Position numbers and translations under genes: made by a program | From: Verrucomicrobiota bacterium | GTDB lineage: Bacteria > Verrucomicrobiota > Verrucomicrobiia > Limisphaerales > UBA1100 | Direction of reading: 5' to 3' | DNA: 64,000 bases | Assembly (NCBI GenBank): GCA_030747505.1 | Contig: JASLKQ010000001.1 | Span: 30,571 to 94,570, forward strand | Notes under the pieces: model-generated | The model's input: the letters and a program-made list of their open reading frames with translations, nothing else | The model's database searches: none | What the model was told of the DNA's origin: nothing | Part shown: positions 52,470 to 62,341 of the stretch, piece after piece | How the letters are laid out: each line of letters opens with the position of its first letter | How positions within the stretch are numbered: the first letter of the stretch is position 1

Positions 52470-53338
52470 AAAGCCATCAGGAAGAGGTTAAATCAGGAAC
52501 CCGTTTTGCATTTGGGGCTAATTGGAAGCAGTTTCTGGATGTTTTAAACGATGAGCGTATTGCTATGGCTGAGGAATCCCTGAAGCAGATGCTTCAAGTC
52601 AAGGATCTGAAAAATGTACGATTTCTCGATGTCGGTTCAGGCAGTGGTTTATTCAGCTTGGCTGCCCGGCGCTTGGGGGCTTCTGTCCATAGCTTCGACT
52701 ATGACCCTCAATCGGTGGCTTGCACATCTGAACTAAAACGCCGTTTTTATCAAAACGATCCGCAATGGCAGGTGGAGCAGGGGTCCGCACTGGATACGAA
52801 CTATACGGAGAAATTGGGCAGATTTGATGTGGTTTATTCTTGGGGAGTGCTTCATCACACTGGGAACATGTGGAAGGCCCTTGATAATGTTTCACGATTG
52901 GCTGCGGGAGGCAGGCTGTTTATTTCGATATATAACGACCAGGGGCGGCGCAGCAGACTATGGCGGCGAGTCAAAAAAATATATAATGGGCTGCCATCGC
53001 CATTAAAGTGGCTTGTACTGTATCCGGCGTGGATAGTTTTATGGGGGCCCATTACGGTTGTTGATTTGCTTCGGGCGAAACCGTTTCGGACATGGCGTGA
53101 CTATGCTAAACAAGGGGCGAGAAGTATGCATCCGTGGTACGATCTAGTGGATTGGGTAGGAGGATTACCTTTTGAGGTAGCAAAGCCTGAGGAGATATTT
53201 GATTTTTTCCAAAAAAAAGGGTTTCGCCTGGATCATTTGGTGACTTGTGGGGGCGGGTTGGGCTGCAATCAGTTTGTGTTTACCCATAACAACTCAGAAA
53301 ACATACATAAAGATCAGGAAACTTACTTGTCGCCTTGA
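52466..53338 (+). CDS. class I SAM-dependent methyltransferase (second copy)
   Basis: Motif I 'VRFLDVGSGSGLFSLAA'. ATG 52466 overlaps the upstream TGA (ATGA). Confidence 0.7.
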   Translation: MKSHQEEVKSGTRFAFGANWKQFLDVLNDERIAMAEESLKQMLQVKDLKNVRFLDVGSGSGLFSLAARRLGASVHSFDYDPQSVACTSELKRRFYQNDPQWQVEQGSALDTNYTEKLGRFDVVYSWGVLHHTGNMWKALDNVSRLAAGGRLFISIYNDQGRRSRLWRRVKKIYNGLPSPLKWLVLYPAWIVLWGPITVVDLLRAKPFRTWRDYAKQGARSMHPWYDLVDWVGGLPFEVAKPEEIFDFFQKKGFRLDHLVTCGGGLGCNQFVFTHNNSENIHKDQETYLSP

Positions 53339-54504
53339 AGAATGATGGAATTAGCCCGGTGAAAGTGCTCTTTGTGTCTTCAGGATTGGGATGTGGTGGG
53401 GCAGAGACCATGCTGTTCAGTTTATTGCAACATATGGATCGTCGGCGTATTATCCCGGAAGTAATCTCGTTAACTGGGCTAGGGGATATCGGGCAAAAAA
53501 TTCGTGACTTAGGGATTCCCGTTGAGACGAGTAATTTTACCAGAAAAACTGATCGGTTTCAATGGAGCTCCTTCATGAGACTCTGTCGAAAAATAAATTC
53601 ATGTCGGCCTGATGTTGTTCAGACGTGGCAATATCACGCTGATTTAGTAGCCGGGGCCGCGGCTCGCTTCTCCGGGATAAAAGCAATCAGCTGGGGGGTT
53701 CGGAATGGAGACTTATTGCCCGGTCACACAAAGCGCTCCACCCGAATTGTAAGGGGAATATCGAGTGCCGTGTCGCACTGCGTTCCCAAGGCGATTTTAT
53801 TCAATTCTGAGAGCTCAAGAAAAGTTCATATACGGGCAGGATATGACGCAAGAAGAACAAAAGTTATACCAAACGGGTTTGATATTGGGAAATATGCCCC
53901 TAATCCGTCCATCCGACGGGCTCTGCGGCATGAGTTAATGCTTGATGAACATACTCCCTTGGTGGGGTTTGTGTGCCGAAATGATCCGGTTAAGAACCAT
54001 GAGGGGTTTTTACGAGCGGCAAGCATGATCAATGCGGGAATACCGGGTGTTCATTACGTTTTGGTAGGGCCGGGGATCGATCATGACAACCTCAGATTGA
54101 GCCAGATTATCGGCATGATGGGGATGGGAGAGCGCGTGCACATGTTGGGATATAGGGAGGATATTTCGATTTTGATGGCGGCATTTGATGTCCTTGTTTC
54201 AGCATCACATTCAGAGGCATTCCCTAATGTACTTGGGGAGGCTATGTCTTGCGGAGTCATCTGTGTGGCAACCAATGCGGGAGATTCAGATCAAATTATT
54301 GGTGATACCGGGAGGGTTGTTCCTTTGAGGGATATGGAATCTCTTGCGGAGGGAGTTTTAGCCGTGCTTGCCATGAGTAAAGCAGAGCGAACGGCCCTTG
54401 GAATGAAAGCACGGGCGCGAATAGAGGGGAAATTTGAGATAGGGAAAATCGCGGTTGAATACGAGAATTACTTTATCTCTTTAACGAAAGAAGACCGTGA
54501 ATAA
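53335..54504 (+). CDS. glycosyltransferase family 4 (GT-B, group 1)
   Basis: 'VLFVSSGLGCGGAETM' and 'SHSEAFPNVLGEAMSCGVICVATNAGD'. The start is uncertain: TTG 53335 or GTG 53359. Confidence 0.8.
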   Translation: MKNDGISPVKVLFVSSGLGCGGAETMLFSLLQHMDRRRIIPEVISLTGLGDIGQKIRDLGIPVETSNFTRKTDRFQWSSFMRLCRKINSCRPDVVQTWQYHADLVAGAAARFSGIKAISWGVRNGDLLPGHTKRSTRIVRGISSAVSHCVPKAILFNSESSRKVHIRAGYDARRTKVIPNGFDIGKYAPNPSIRRALRHELMLDEHTPLVGFVCRNDPVKNHEGFLRAASMINAGIPGVHYVLVGPGIDHDNLRLSQIIGMMGMGERVHMLGYREDISILMAAFDVLVSASHSEAFPNVLGEAMSCGVICVATNAGDSDQIIGDTGRVVPLRDMESLAEGVLAVLAMSKAERTALGMKARARIEGKFEIGKIAVEYENYFISLTKEDRE

Positions 54505-54528
54505 GCAGACCAGAATAGACCATTTATT

Positions 54529-56382
54529 TTGGGTCGCAAACCTGTGAAAATTCTAGGGATTTCTGCATATTATCATGACAGTGCAGCCGCACTCTTAGAT
54601 TGCGGTAAAATTGTTGCTGCTGCTCAAGAGGAGCGTTTCACCAGAAGGAGGCACGATGCGAGTTTCCCAATGGAGTCGATTCGTTATTGCCTCAAAGAAG
54701 GGAGGGTGAAATTAGCAGAAGTCGATTATGTAGTATTTTATGACAAGCCTTTACTGAAGTTTGAACGACTCCTCGAAACATATCTTTCATATGCTCCTAA
54801 AGGGTTTTCCTCATTTGTTCAGGCCATGCCAGTGTGGCTTAAGGAAAAACTATTTCTGAAATCTATTTTAAAGAAGGAGTTGCTGGAGGTGGATGAATCT
54901 TCAAGATCAACCGTTCCACAATTATTATTTGATGAGCATCATCGCTCTCATGCAGCCTCCGCCTTTTATCCCAGTCCATTCGAGAATGCTGCTGTACTGT
55001 GTTTAGATGGTGTGGGGGAATGGGCCACAACCTCAGTATGGCATGGAAAAGGCAAAGAGCTTGAGCCTCTCTGGCAAATCGATTTCCCCCATTCTTTAGG
55101 ATTATTATACTCAGCGTTTACCTATTTTACCGGTTTCAAGGTTAACTCTGGGGAATACAAGTTGATGGGCTTGGCTCCCTACGGTGAGCCCAAGTATGTA
55201 GATGCTATTTTTGATAATCTCATCGAGATGCGCGACGACGGATCTTACAGATTAAATATGGAATATTTTGCATTCGCTACGGAGTTGCGAATGACAAACG
55301 ATCGTTTTGCGGGTTTGTTTGGAGGGCCTCCCCGAAAAGCTGAGTCTAAAATCACTCAAAGGGAAATGGATTTGGCAGCTTCGGTGCAAAAAGTTCTGGA
55401 AGAGGTGGTAGTTAAAATTGCACGGACCGTGCATAAAGAGACGGGGGAAACTAATCTATGTATGGCAGGAGGCGTGGCTCTAAACTGTGTTGCTAATGGA
55501 GTTCTGTCACGAGAGGGTATTTTTAATCATATATGGGTGCAGCCTGCCGCGGGAGATGCGGGGGGTGCGCTGGGGGCTGCATATTCGGTGTGGCATGAAT
55601 ATTGTCATCAAGATAGGGAGGCTAGAGATGGTGATGCAATGGATGGCTCATTTCTTGGCATTCATTACACAGATCAAGAAATTAGAAAATTTTTGGATGA
55701 TAAAAAAATCCCTTATACGAAGGTTGACGAGGATGAGTTAACAAGAAGGGTGGCGGATTTACTTGTTGAGGAGAAGGTTGTGGGATGGTTCCAGGGTAGA
55801 ATGGAATTTGGGCCCCGAGCCTTGGGAGGGAGGTCTATCTTGGGCAATCCGCTTAGTGTTCGGACTCAAAGTGTGATGAACCTGAAGATCAAATACCGCG
55901 AATCCTTTCGCCCGTTTGCTCCATCGGTTAAGGCGGAATGTGTTTCAGATTGGTTTGAGATGAATCATGATAGCCCTTATATGCTCTTTGTTGCTCCAAT
56001 TAAGGAGCAGCATCGATTGCCAGTGACCGATGTGCAGAGTTCGCTCTTCGGAATAGAGAAACTAAATGTTCCTCGGTCCAAGATACCCGCTATTACGCAT
56101 GTGGATTACTCGGCGCGAGTTCAGACAGTCAGTAAACAGGTGAATCCAAGATATTGGGAATTGCTGGACGCATTCGAAAAGCGCACAGACTGCCCTCTGC
56201 TGGTAAACACCTCCTTCAATGTCAGAGGTGAGCCCATTGTCTGTTCGCCTGAAGATGCGTATCGTTGTTTCATGAGGACGGAGATGGACAATCTTGTGCT
56301 CGGGAATTTTTTGCTCTCAAAAACAGATCAACCGAAGACCCCTCATAATGACTCATGGAAGGATGAATTTGAACTGGACTAG
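54529..56382 (+). CDS. carbamoyltransferase (NodU/CmcH family)
   Basis: 'ILGISAYYHDSAAALL', 'MAGGVALNCVANG', 'FGPRALGGRSILGNP' and 'LVNTSFNVRGEPIVCSP'. The start is TTG 54529 or GTG 54544. Confidence 0.9.
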   Translation: MGRKPVKILGISAYYHDSAAALLDCGKIVAAAQEERFTRRRHDASFPMESIRYCLKEGRVKLAEVDYVVFYDKPLLKFERLLETYLSYAPKGFSSFVQAMPVWLKEKLFLKSILKKELLEVDESSRSTVPQLLFDEHHRSHAASAFYPSPFENAAVLCLDGVGEWATTSVWHGKGKELEPLWQIDFPHSLGLLYSAFTYFTGFKVNSGEYKLMGLAPYGEPKYVDAIFDNLIEMRDDGSYRLNMEYFAFATELRMTNDRFAGLFGGPPRKAESKITQREMDLAASVQKVLEEVVVKIARTVHKETGETNLCMAGGVALNCVANGVLSREGIFNHIWVQPAAGDAGGALGAAYSVWHEYCHQDREARDGDAMDGSFLGIHYTDQEIRKFLDDKKIPYTKVDEDELTRRVADLLVEEKVVGWFQGRMEFGPRALGGRSILGNPLSVRTQSVMNLKIKYRESFRPFAPSVKAECVSDWFEMNHDSPYMLFVAPIKEQHRLPVTDVQSSLFGIEKLNVPRSKIPAITHVDYSARVQTVSKQVNPRYWELLDAFEKRTDCPLLVNTSFNVRGEPIVCSPEDAYRCFMRTEMDNLVLGNFLLSKTDQPKTPHNDSWKDEFELD

Positions 56383-56383
56383 T

Positions 56384-56818
56384 ATGAACCGAGACATTCC
56401 GGATATTGGCAGATCCGGACTCAGGCGTTTTGGGATTGTCACAGGCGTCCTAGTTGCGGTTATTTTTGGGGTTCTTTTGCCTTGGGCGTGGAAAGGTAAG
56501 CCTAACTTTCCGACGGAAGTATTGTCTATGGAAATGCCCGGTTGGCCATGGGTGACCTGTTTAATACTAAATATTTGGGCTCTTATCGCTCCCGGTTCAT
56601 TACGGTTCCCTTATCGGGCATGGATGTGCTTGGCTCTTGTGCTCGGAGCTGTCAATAGTCGCATCATACTAGGGATAGTATTTGTTTTTGTGTTGTTTCC
56701 GATTGGGTTATTATTACGCTTGGTTAAAGGAAGCCCAATGATGCGATCGGGGCCAAATGGAGAGTTCCGGATTCCATCGCCATCACGTGATCCAAGCCAT
56801 ATGGAGAAGCCTTTCTAA
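56384..56818 (+). CDS. SxtJ-like small membrane protein
   Basis: ATG 56384 lies 1 nt after the carbamoyltransferase stop. It has 3-4 TM segments. Its position after a NodU-type carbamoyltransferase matches the SxtJ-family context as I recall it. Confidence 0.5.
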   Translation: MNRDIPDIGRSGLRRFGIVTGVLVAVIFGVLLPWAWKGKPNFPTEVLSMEMPGWPWVTCLILNIWALIAPGSLRFPYRAWMCLALVLGAVNSRIILGIVFVFVLFPIGLLLRLVKGSPMMRSGPNGEFRIPSPSRDPSHMEKPF

Positions 56819-56970
56819 TGATGGAATTTCTTAAAGATCTCTACGCGTTCATGAAGGAACGGAAAAAGTATTGGTTGATACCGATTATTCTAGTCCTGCT
56901 CTTGCTTGGTGTCTTGATTGTCTTCAGCCAAGGTTCGGCTGTTGCCCCTTTCATATATACCTTATTCTAG
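56818..56970 (+). CDS. 50-aa single-TM protein (DUF5989-like); below the ORF-track length cut-off
   Basis: My own translation gives MMEFLKDLYAFMKERKKYWLIPIILVLLLLGVLIVFSQGSAVAPFIYTLF*. The ATG overlaps the upstream TAA (TAATG). 'RKKYWL.PI...L..G.L.V..QGSAVAPFIYTLF' matches the conserved DUF5989 pattern I recall. Confidence 0.6.
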   Translation: MMEFLKDLYAFMKERKKYWLIPIILVLLLLGVLIVFSQGSAVAPFIYTLF

Positions 56971-56974
56971 TCGG

Positions 56975-58147
56975 ATGAAGGATTCAGGGATGGGCGATGA
57001 GGATGGTGCTGTAGTTAATGTAACGAGCACAGCTATTCCCGTCCGATCTCGAAGGCGACTGTGGATACTCAGGCTATCGACTAGTTTAATTGGAATGATG
57101 GGTTTATTTCTCTTCTTGGAGATTACATTGAGATTTTTTCCTGTTCGTGAAAGTTTTCACGCTCAACCGGTTACATCTTTGCACCCTATAATACGATTTA
57201 CACCAAATCAGGAGTATGTTTTCAGTCGCGATTGGAATTTTACCATTGTAACAGACAAGAAAACAAACGGGGCAGGATTTTTCTCCGACGTAGAATATGT
57301 CAAGGATTCGGACAAACCGTTAGTTGCAATCATTGGAGACAGCTATGTGGAGGCTCTTCAGGTGAATAATGCGGATACCTTCCATGGGAGAATAGGCCGG
57401 GATAACTTCGAGAAAGTCCGCGTATATGCTTTTGGAGCTAGCGGCAACCCCTTGTCTAGTTATTTGAAATATGCAGAGTGGGTTGGGCAGCAATATAAGC
57501 CAGATTATTTTATCTTCAATATCGTTGGTAATGACTTTGATGAGAGTTATCCTTATTACAAAGATGGGGCTGAGGGTTTTACATATTTTCCGGAACAAAC
57601 CGACCAGTTCGATATGGCAGAGTTGGATACCCGTTTTTTGCCATTGAGGCCTTCATTCGTGGGTCGAAACCTAAGGCGATCCTATCTAGCCAGATATCTA
57701 GTTAGTAATTGTGAAATTCGGCGCATTACAGCGAATCTGCGTACCACAGCGAAAGCAGATACTTCCAATGGGAACATTGGAGAAGAGAGAATCCAGACCG
57801 GCTCAGCGGCAATTAATCATTTTATAAGACTTTTACCGGAAGCGACTGGCTTGGTGCCGGAGCGTATTCTGCTGGTTTTGGACGCGGAGCGGCAAAGGAT
57901 ATATGCATCGGAATCGAACGTTTTGAGCCAAAGCTATTACGAATGTATGATGCCTGAATTGATTGGGAAAGCTGCTCTCGCACAAATCTCGACATTAGAT
58001 ATGACTAGACCATTCACCCTCCACTACGGGCAGCACAAAAAGAGATTTGAATACCCGACGGATGGTCACTGGAATGAGATTGGTCACAGGGTTGTTGCCG
58101 AATCGATAATGAATACCGATTTCTGGTCTACAGTAATTGGGGAATAA
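56975..58147 (+). CDS. membrane-anchored SGNH/AlgX-AlgJ-like hydrolase or acyltransferase-like protein
   Basis: The start is taken at ATG 56975, 4 nt after the small ORF. TM segment 'LWILRLSTSLIGMMGLFLFLEITL'. 'VAIIGDSYVEA' is GDS block I and 'DGHWNEIGH' is DxxH-type block V. Confidence 0.45.
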   Translation: MKDSGMGDEDGAVVNVTSTAIPVRSRRRLWILRLSTSLIGMMGLFLFLEITLRFFPVRESFHAQPVTSLHPIIRFTPNQEYVFSRDWNFTIVTDKKTNGAGFFSDVEYVKDSDKPLVAIIGDSYVEALQVNNADTFHGRIGRDNFEKVRVYAFGASGNPLSSYLKYAEWVGQQYKPDYFIFNIVGNDFDESYPYYKDGAEGFTYFPEQTDQFDMAELDTRFLPLRPSFVGRNLRRSYLARYLVSNCEIRRITANLRTTAKADTSNGNIGEERIQTGSAAINHFIRLLPEATGLVPERILLVLDAERQRIYASESNVLSQSYYECMMPELIGKAALAQISTLDMTRPFTLHYGQHKKRFEYPTDGHWNEIGHRVVAESIMNTDFWSTVIGE

Positions 58148-58202
58148 GGATATTAGAGTGTAGCTGCTTTTATTCGGAAGTGAGGTTGTTCGAAGTCTTA
58201 AG

Positions 58203-60169
58203 ATGTGCGGCATAGCAGGGTTTTGTACCGGAAGTGGGTTTGAAGGCACCCGGGCCAGCAAGCAGGCAGGAGCTATGGCTGATGTGATTGGTCATCGTGG
58301 GCCAGATGACTCAGGGGTTTGGGTTGACGATAAGTCCGGAATTGCAATGGCACATAGAAGGTTGTCCATTCTAGATTTATCCACAGCGGGGCACCAGCCA
58401 ATGGTATCAGTCTCTGAACGGTACGTAATCGTGTTCAACGGAGAGATATACAACCATAATAAAATTCGCAGCGAATTGGAATTTACAGGTTATCAATGGC
58501 GAGGCACCTCGGATACAGAATCTTTTTTGGCGGGTATAGAAACATGGGGCTTGGAATTGACACTAAAAAAATCAGTTGGAATGTTTGCGTTTGCATTATG
58601 GGATAGGAAAAAAAAAGAAATTTCTTTGGCCAGAGACCGCATGGGAGAGAAGCCCCTGTACTATGGACTCAACAACGGCATTTTTTTCTTTGGCTCAGAA
58701 CTCAAAGCCCTAAAGGCTCATCCAGATTTTGAAGGGGTTGTGGATCGCGACTCTGTTGCATTATTTCTGCGCCACAATTACATACCCTCTCCTTATTCGA
58801 TATATCGGGGCATTAATAAGCTATTGCCTGGCACGTACCTTTGTATTCCTGAAAACAAACTGGCATCTGCGCACGAAATCGCGCCCACTGCTTATTGGTC
58901 ATTACAGAGGGCAGCAACCAGGGGCCAAGATAACCTCTTTTTAGGGGATGAAGAGGAAGCATTAGATGAACTTCAGAGGTTGCTCAGGCAGTCCGTTCAG
59001 GCACAATGCATTGCTGATGTTCCGCTCGGAGCATTTCTATCTGGAGGCATAGATTCATCTCTCGTAGTGGCCTTAATGCAGTCTCATGCAGCTAGACCGG
59101 TTAAGACCTTTACACTTGGATTTCAAGAAGAAGCCTATAATGAGGCAATACATGCCAGAAAAATTGCGCAGCACCTGGGCACTGAACATCATGAATTATA
59201 TGTAACACCAAAAGAGGCAATAGACGTGATTCCGAGATTGCCGAGTATGTATGATGAGCCCTTTTCTGATTCTTCTCAAATTCCAACCAATCTTGTATCC
59301 CAACTAGCGAGAAAACAAGTAACAGTTTCTCTTTCTGGCGATGGAGGTGACGAAGTATTCGGGGGATATAACCGATATCAATGGATGCGCATTATTTGGG
59401 ATCGGGTACGAAGAGTCCCTCGAGCATTCAGGAATATAGCGGCATATATAATGAGATCACAAACAGCGGACCGCTGGGATCATTTGTATGGACTGTTTAG
59501 GCCTGTCGTTCCCAACAGTTTTCGTGTGGCGCAATTTGGCTCTAAGGTAAATACGTTGGCAGATTGTATAGTGAATGAACATTCACACGAGTTATACCAA
59601 TCAGTGGTCTCGCATTGGAAGAGCCCAGCGAATGTCGTTTTAAACGGAATCGAACCAGAAACCGTATTAACCGCTGCAGAGCGGACGATACCCTTGGGCT
59701 ATCGCTGGAGCAACGGATGATGGTTCTGGATAGTTTGTCCTATTTGCCCGATGATATTTTAGTCAAATTAGATCGGGCTGCCATGAGAGAAAGCCTCGAA
59801 ACCCGAGTGCCTTTGCTTGACCATAGGGTGATTGAATTCGCGTGGAGCCTTCCTCACGAAATGAAAATAAAAGATGGGACTGGCAAATGGATACTTAGAA
59901 GACTTTTGGGGAAATATGTGCCTCCTGAGTTGTTCGAACGTCCAAAGATGGGTTTTGCTATTCCGCTTGGAAGCTGGCTGCGTGGTCCAATTCGCGACTG
60001 GGCAGAAGAACTAATCAAAGAGTCACTATTGGATCAGCAAGGTTTTTTGGACCCAAAGCCAATACGCAAAATATGGAGCGAACATGTTTCCAGCCAAAAA
60101 GATCATTCATATCTTTTGTGGGATGTGCTTATGTTTCAAGCATGGTTAAGTGAGCATAATGCACAATAA
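58203..60169 (+). pseudogene. asparagine synthase-family amidotransferase interrupted by a frameshift (two ORFs, 58203..59720 and 59615..60169)
   Basis: ORF1 has 'MCGIAG' and PP-loop 'FLSGGIDSSLV'. ORF2, in a different frame, continues with the canonical C-terminal 'RMMVLDSLSYLPDDILVKLDRAAMRESLETRVPLLD'. The frame switch must lie around 59650-59700. Confidence 0.7.
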
Positions 60170-61331
60170 TAACGGGCTGAACAGGGCTTATGGAAATAGG
60201 CCTCTCCGTATATTGTTTGTTGCTCAAGCAGATTGGGCTTTTCAGACTCACCGTATATTTCTGGCACGGTGGCTTAAACAAAGAGGGGCGATCGTTGGGA
60301 TCTTGTGCCCTCAGGTATGCAAAGCGACGGCTGAACTTAAGGCAGAAGGGTTTGAATTGTTTTCGATGGAACTTTCTCGAGAGGAGGTTTCGCTGACGCG
60401 AATAATTTCTTCAGTGAAATCTGTGCAGGCGGTTTGCAAGGATTTTAGGGCGGACGTTCTGCATTGTGTTTCTATTCGCTGTGTATTGCTGGGCTGGTTG
60501 GCAATGCGGAATGTTAAGTCCTCCCCAAGAATTATCAATCATCTGGTTGGCATGGGAAGTATGTATACTGGTGGAGATCGCTCGCTTCGATCATGGGTCA
60601 TGAAAAAATTGGTGGACTTCGGTTTGTGCAGGGCATTTCGCTTGTCGGAGGCCCATACGGTTTTTCAAAACTCTGATGATTTAAACTGGTGGATGAAACG
60701 AAGGCGTCTTCAAGACAATAAAACAGAGCTGATCCCTGGGAGTATTTCATGGGAAGGGCAGAAAGGATCTCCTGAGCCTTGCAGCAAGCCATTAAAAATT
60801 TTGTATGTGGGACGAATGCTGAAGAACAAGGGGGTGGAGGACTTATTTCAGGCGTGGTGCCACTTGCGCCAAGAAGGAGTTAAAGTGGAACTCATTCTTT
60901 GTGGGGACATCGATAAAGGAAGTCCTACTAGTCTTACGCGGGAGGATATGTATGCTTATGAGTCTGAGGCAGGGTGTAGTTGGCTTGGGTATCGCAATGA
61001 TGTTATGGAGGTCATGAGAGAGTGTAATATAGTTGTGCTTCCTTCTTATCGCGAGGGGTTTCCCAAAGTTATATTGGAGGCTGGATTAGTCACAAGAGCT
61101 GTGATCGCAACAGATGTGCCCGGATGCAGAGAGTTGGTAATTCATGAGAAATCGGGAATTCTTGTCAAGAAGGGGGACATTCGTGGTTTAGCGTTGGCTA
61201 TTCAGAAGCTTTTGAAAGATGAGACTAAAAGAAAAACTTTAGCAAAGGCACTACATCGGCGTGTTAAATCGAATTACACCGATGACACAGTTAACCCGCT
61301 TTGGTGGGAATTATATACCCGCAAGTTGTGA
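60150..61331 (+). CDS. glycosyltransferase family 4 (GT-B, group 1)
   Basis: 'LRILFVAQADWAF' and 'PSYREGFPKVILEAGLVTRAVIATDVPGCRELV'. The start is GTG 60150 or ATG 60159. Confidence 0.8.
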   Translation: MSIMHNNNGLNRAYGNRPLRILFVAQADWAFQTHRIFLARWLKQRGAIVGILCPQVCKATAELKAEGFELFSMELSREEVSLTRIISSVKSVQAVCKDFRADVLHCVSIRCVLLGWLAMRNVKSSPRIINHLVGMGSMYTGGDRSLRSWVMKKLVDFGLCRAFRLSEAHTVFQNSDDLNWWMKRRRLQDNKTELIPGSISWEGQKGSPEPCSKPLKILYVGRMLKNKGVEDLFQAWCHLRQEGVKVELILCGDIDKGSPTSLTREDMYAYESEAGCSWLGYRNDVMEVMRECNIVVLPSYREGFPKVILEAGLVTRAVIATDVPGCRELVIHEKSGILVKKGDIRGLALAIQKLLKDETKRKTLAKALHRRVKSNYTDDTVNPLWWELYTRKL

Positions 61332-62335
61332 TCTCAACTATTGGCATTTTTATCGGGGCTTCTTTTTTGACTTGGGCCCTTGGTTTTCCTGTGAGGAAGT
61401 TACTTGAGAGGTATAATTATTGGGATCACCCTAATCATAGGTCCAGTCATACAACGTCTGTTTTACGGGGTGGAGGAGTTGCTATTGTGATAACACAATT
61501 GATTGCAATTTGTTTTTTGGTTTGTCCGAGCCATCCTAGTTTTGGTTGGGTTTGGATTGTGGGAATATTGGCACTGACTACGATTGGTTTGCTTGATGAT
61601 AAACGGGACGCTCCTATTTCGTTGAGACTGGGAATTCAAGTTATATCCAGTTTGAGTATTTTACTCGTATTGAAGGGCGGTGACTGGACGGTGGTTGAGA
61701 TAACCCTTGGACTGGCTCTAATGGTATCATTTGTAAACTTCGTGAATTTTATGGATGGGATCAATGGATTGGTTGTAATGCAAATGTTGTTGATCCCGAT
61801 GGGTCTTGTGGTTCTGGTTGGTTCAGGATCTGTGTTGAGTGAGCCCAAGTTGTTGATTATTATGATTGCGTTAGTATCAGCTGGAGCTGCAGTGGGATTC
61901 CTCCCTCACAATTTTCCATCCCCCAAGATGTTTCTAGGGGATGCGGGCAGCGTGACGATTGGGTTTTCATGTGCTGTTCTCGTTCTTTGGGCGTTCAGTA
62001 CGGCATCTAGTCTAGTTCTAGAAACGACACTCCTTGTTTTGCCCTGTTACTTTTATTTTGACGGCGGCGCAACCCTTTTAAGAAGGTTGTTTTCAGGGGA
62101 AAAATGGTGGCTTCCGCATCGTGAGCATTATTATCAGAAACTGGTTCGAAGTGGCATAAGTCATGGCCGTACGACAATGATAATTGGTGGACTGCAGTTG
62201 ACGGTCACCTTTTTTGCGTGGGGCATCCTTCGATATCAAGCAGCTTGGTGGATTGCTTTGGCAGGAGTATTGGTTATATGGGGATTAGGTGCGGTATGCG
62301 CGGAATTGTTGTTCAGACGATCACTCAAAAAGTGA
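61301..62335 (+). CDS. polyprenyl-phosphate HexNAc-1-phosphate transferase (MraY/WecA/WbpL family, initiating enzyme)
   Basis: About 10 TM segments. 'GLLDDKRD', 'NFVNFMDGINGL' and 'FLGDAGS'. The start is uncertain: TTG 61301 or GTG 61328, which overlaps the upstream TGA. Confidence 0.85.
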   Translation: MVGIIYPQVVISTIGIFIGASFLTWALGFPVRKLLERYNYWDHPNHRSSHTTSVLRGGGVAIVITQLIAICFLVCPSHPSFGWVWIVGILALTTIGLLDDKRDAPISLRLGIQVISSLSILLVLKGGDWTVVEITLGLALMVSFVNFVNFMDGINGLVVMQMLLIPMGLVVLVGSGSVLSEPKLLIIMIALVSAGAAVGFLPHNFPSPKMFLGDAGSVTIGFSCAVLVLWAFSTASSLVLETTLLVLPCYFYFDGGATLLRRLFSGEKWWLPHREHYYQKLVRSGISHGRTTMIIGGLQLTVTFFAWGILRYQAAWWIALAGVLVIWGLGAVCAELLFRRSLKK

Positions 62336-62341
62336 GATGAC

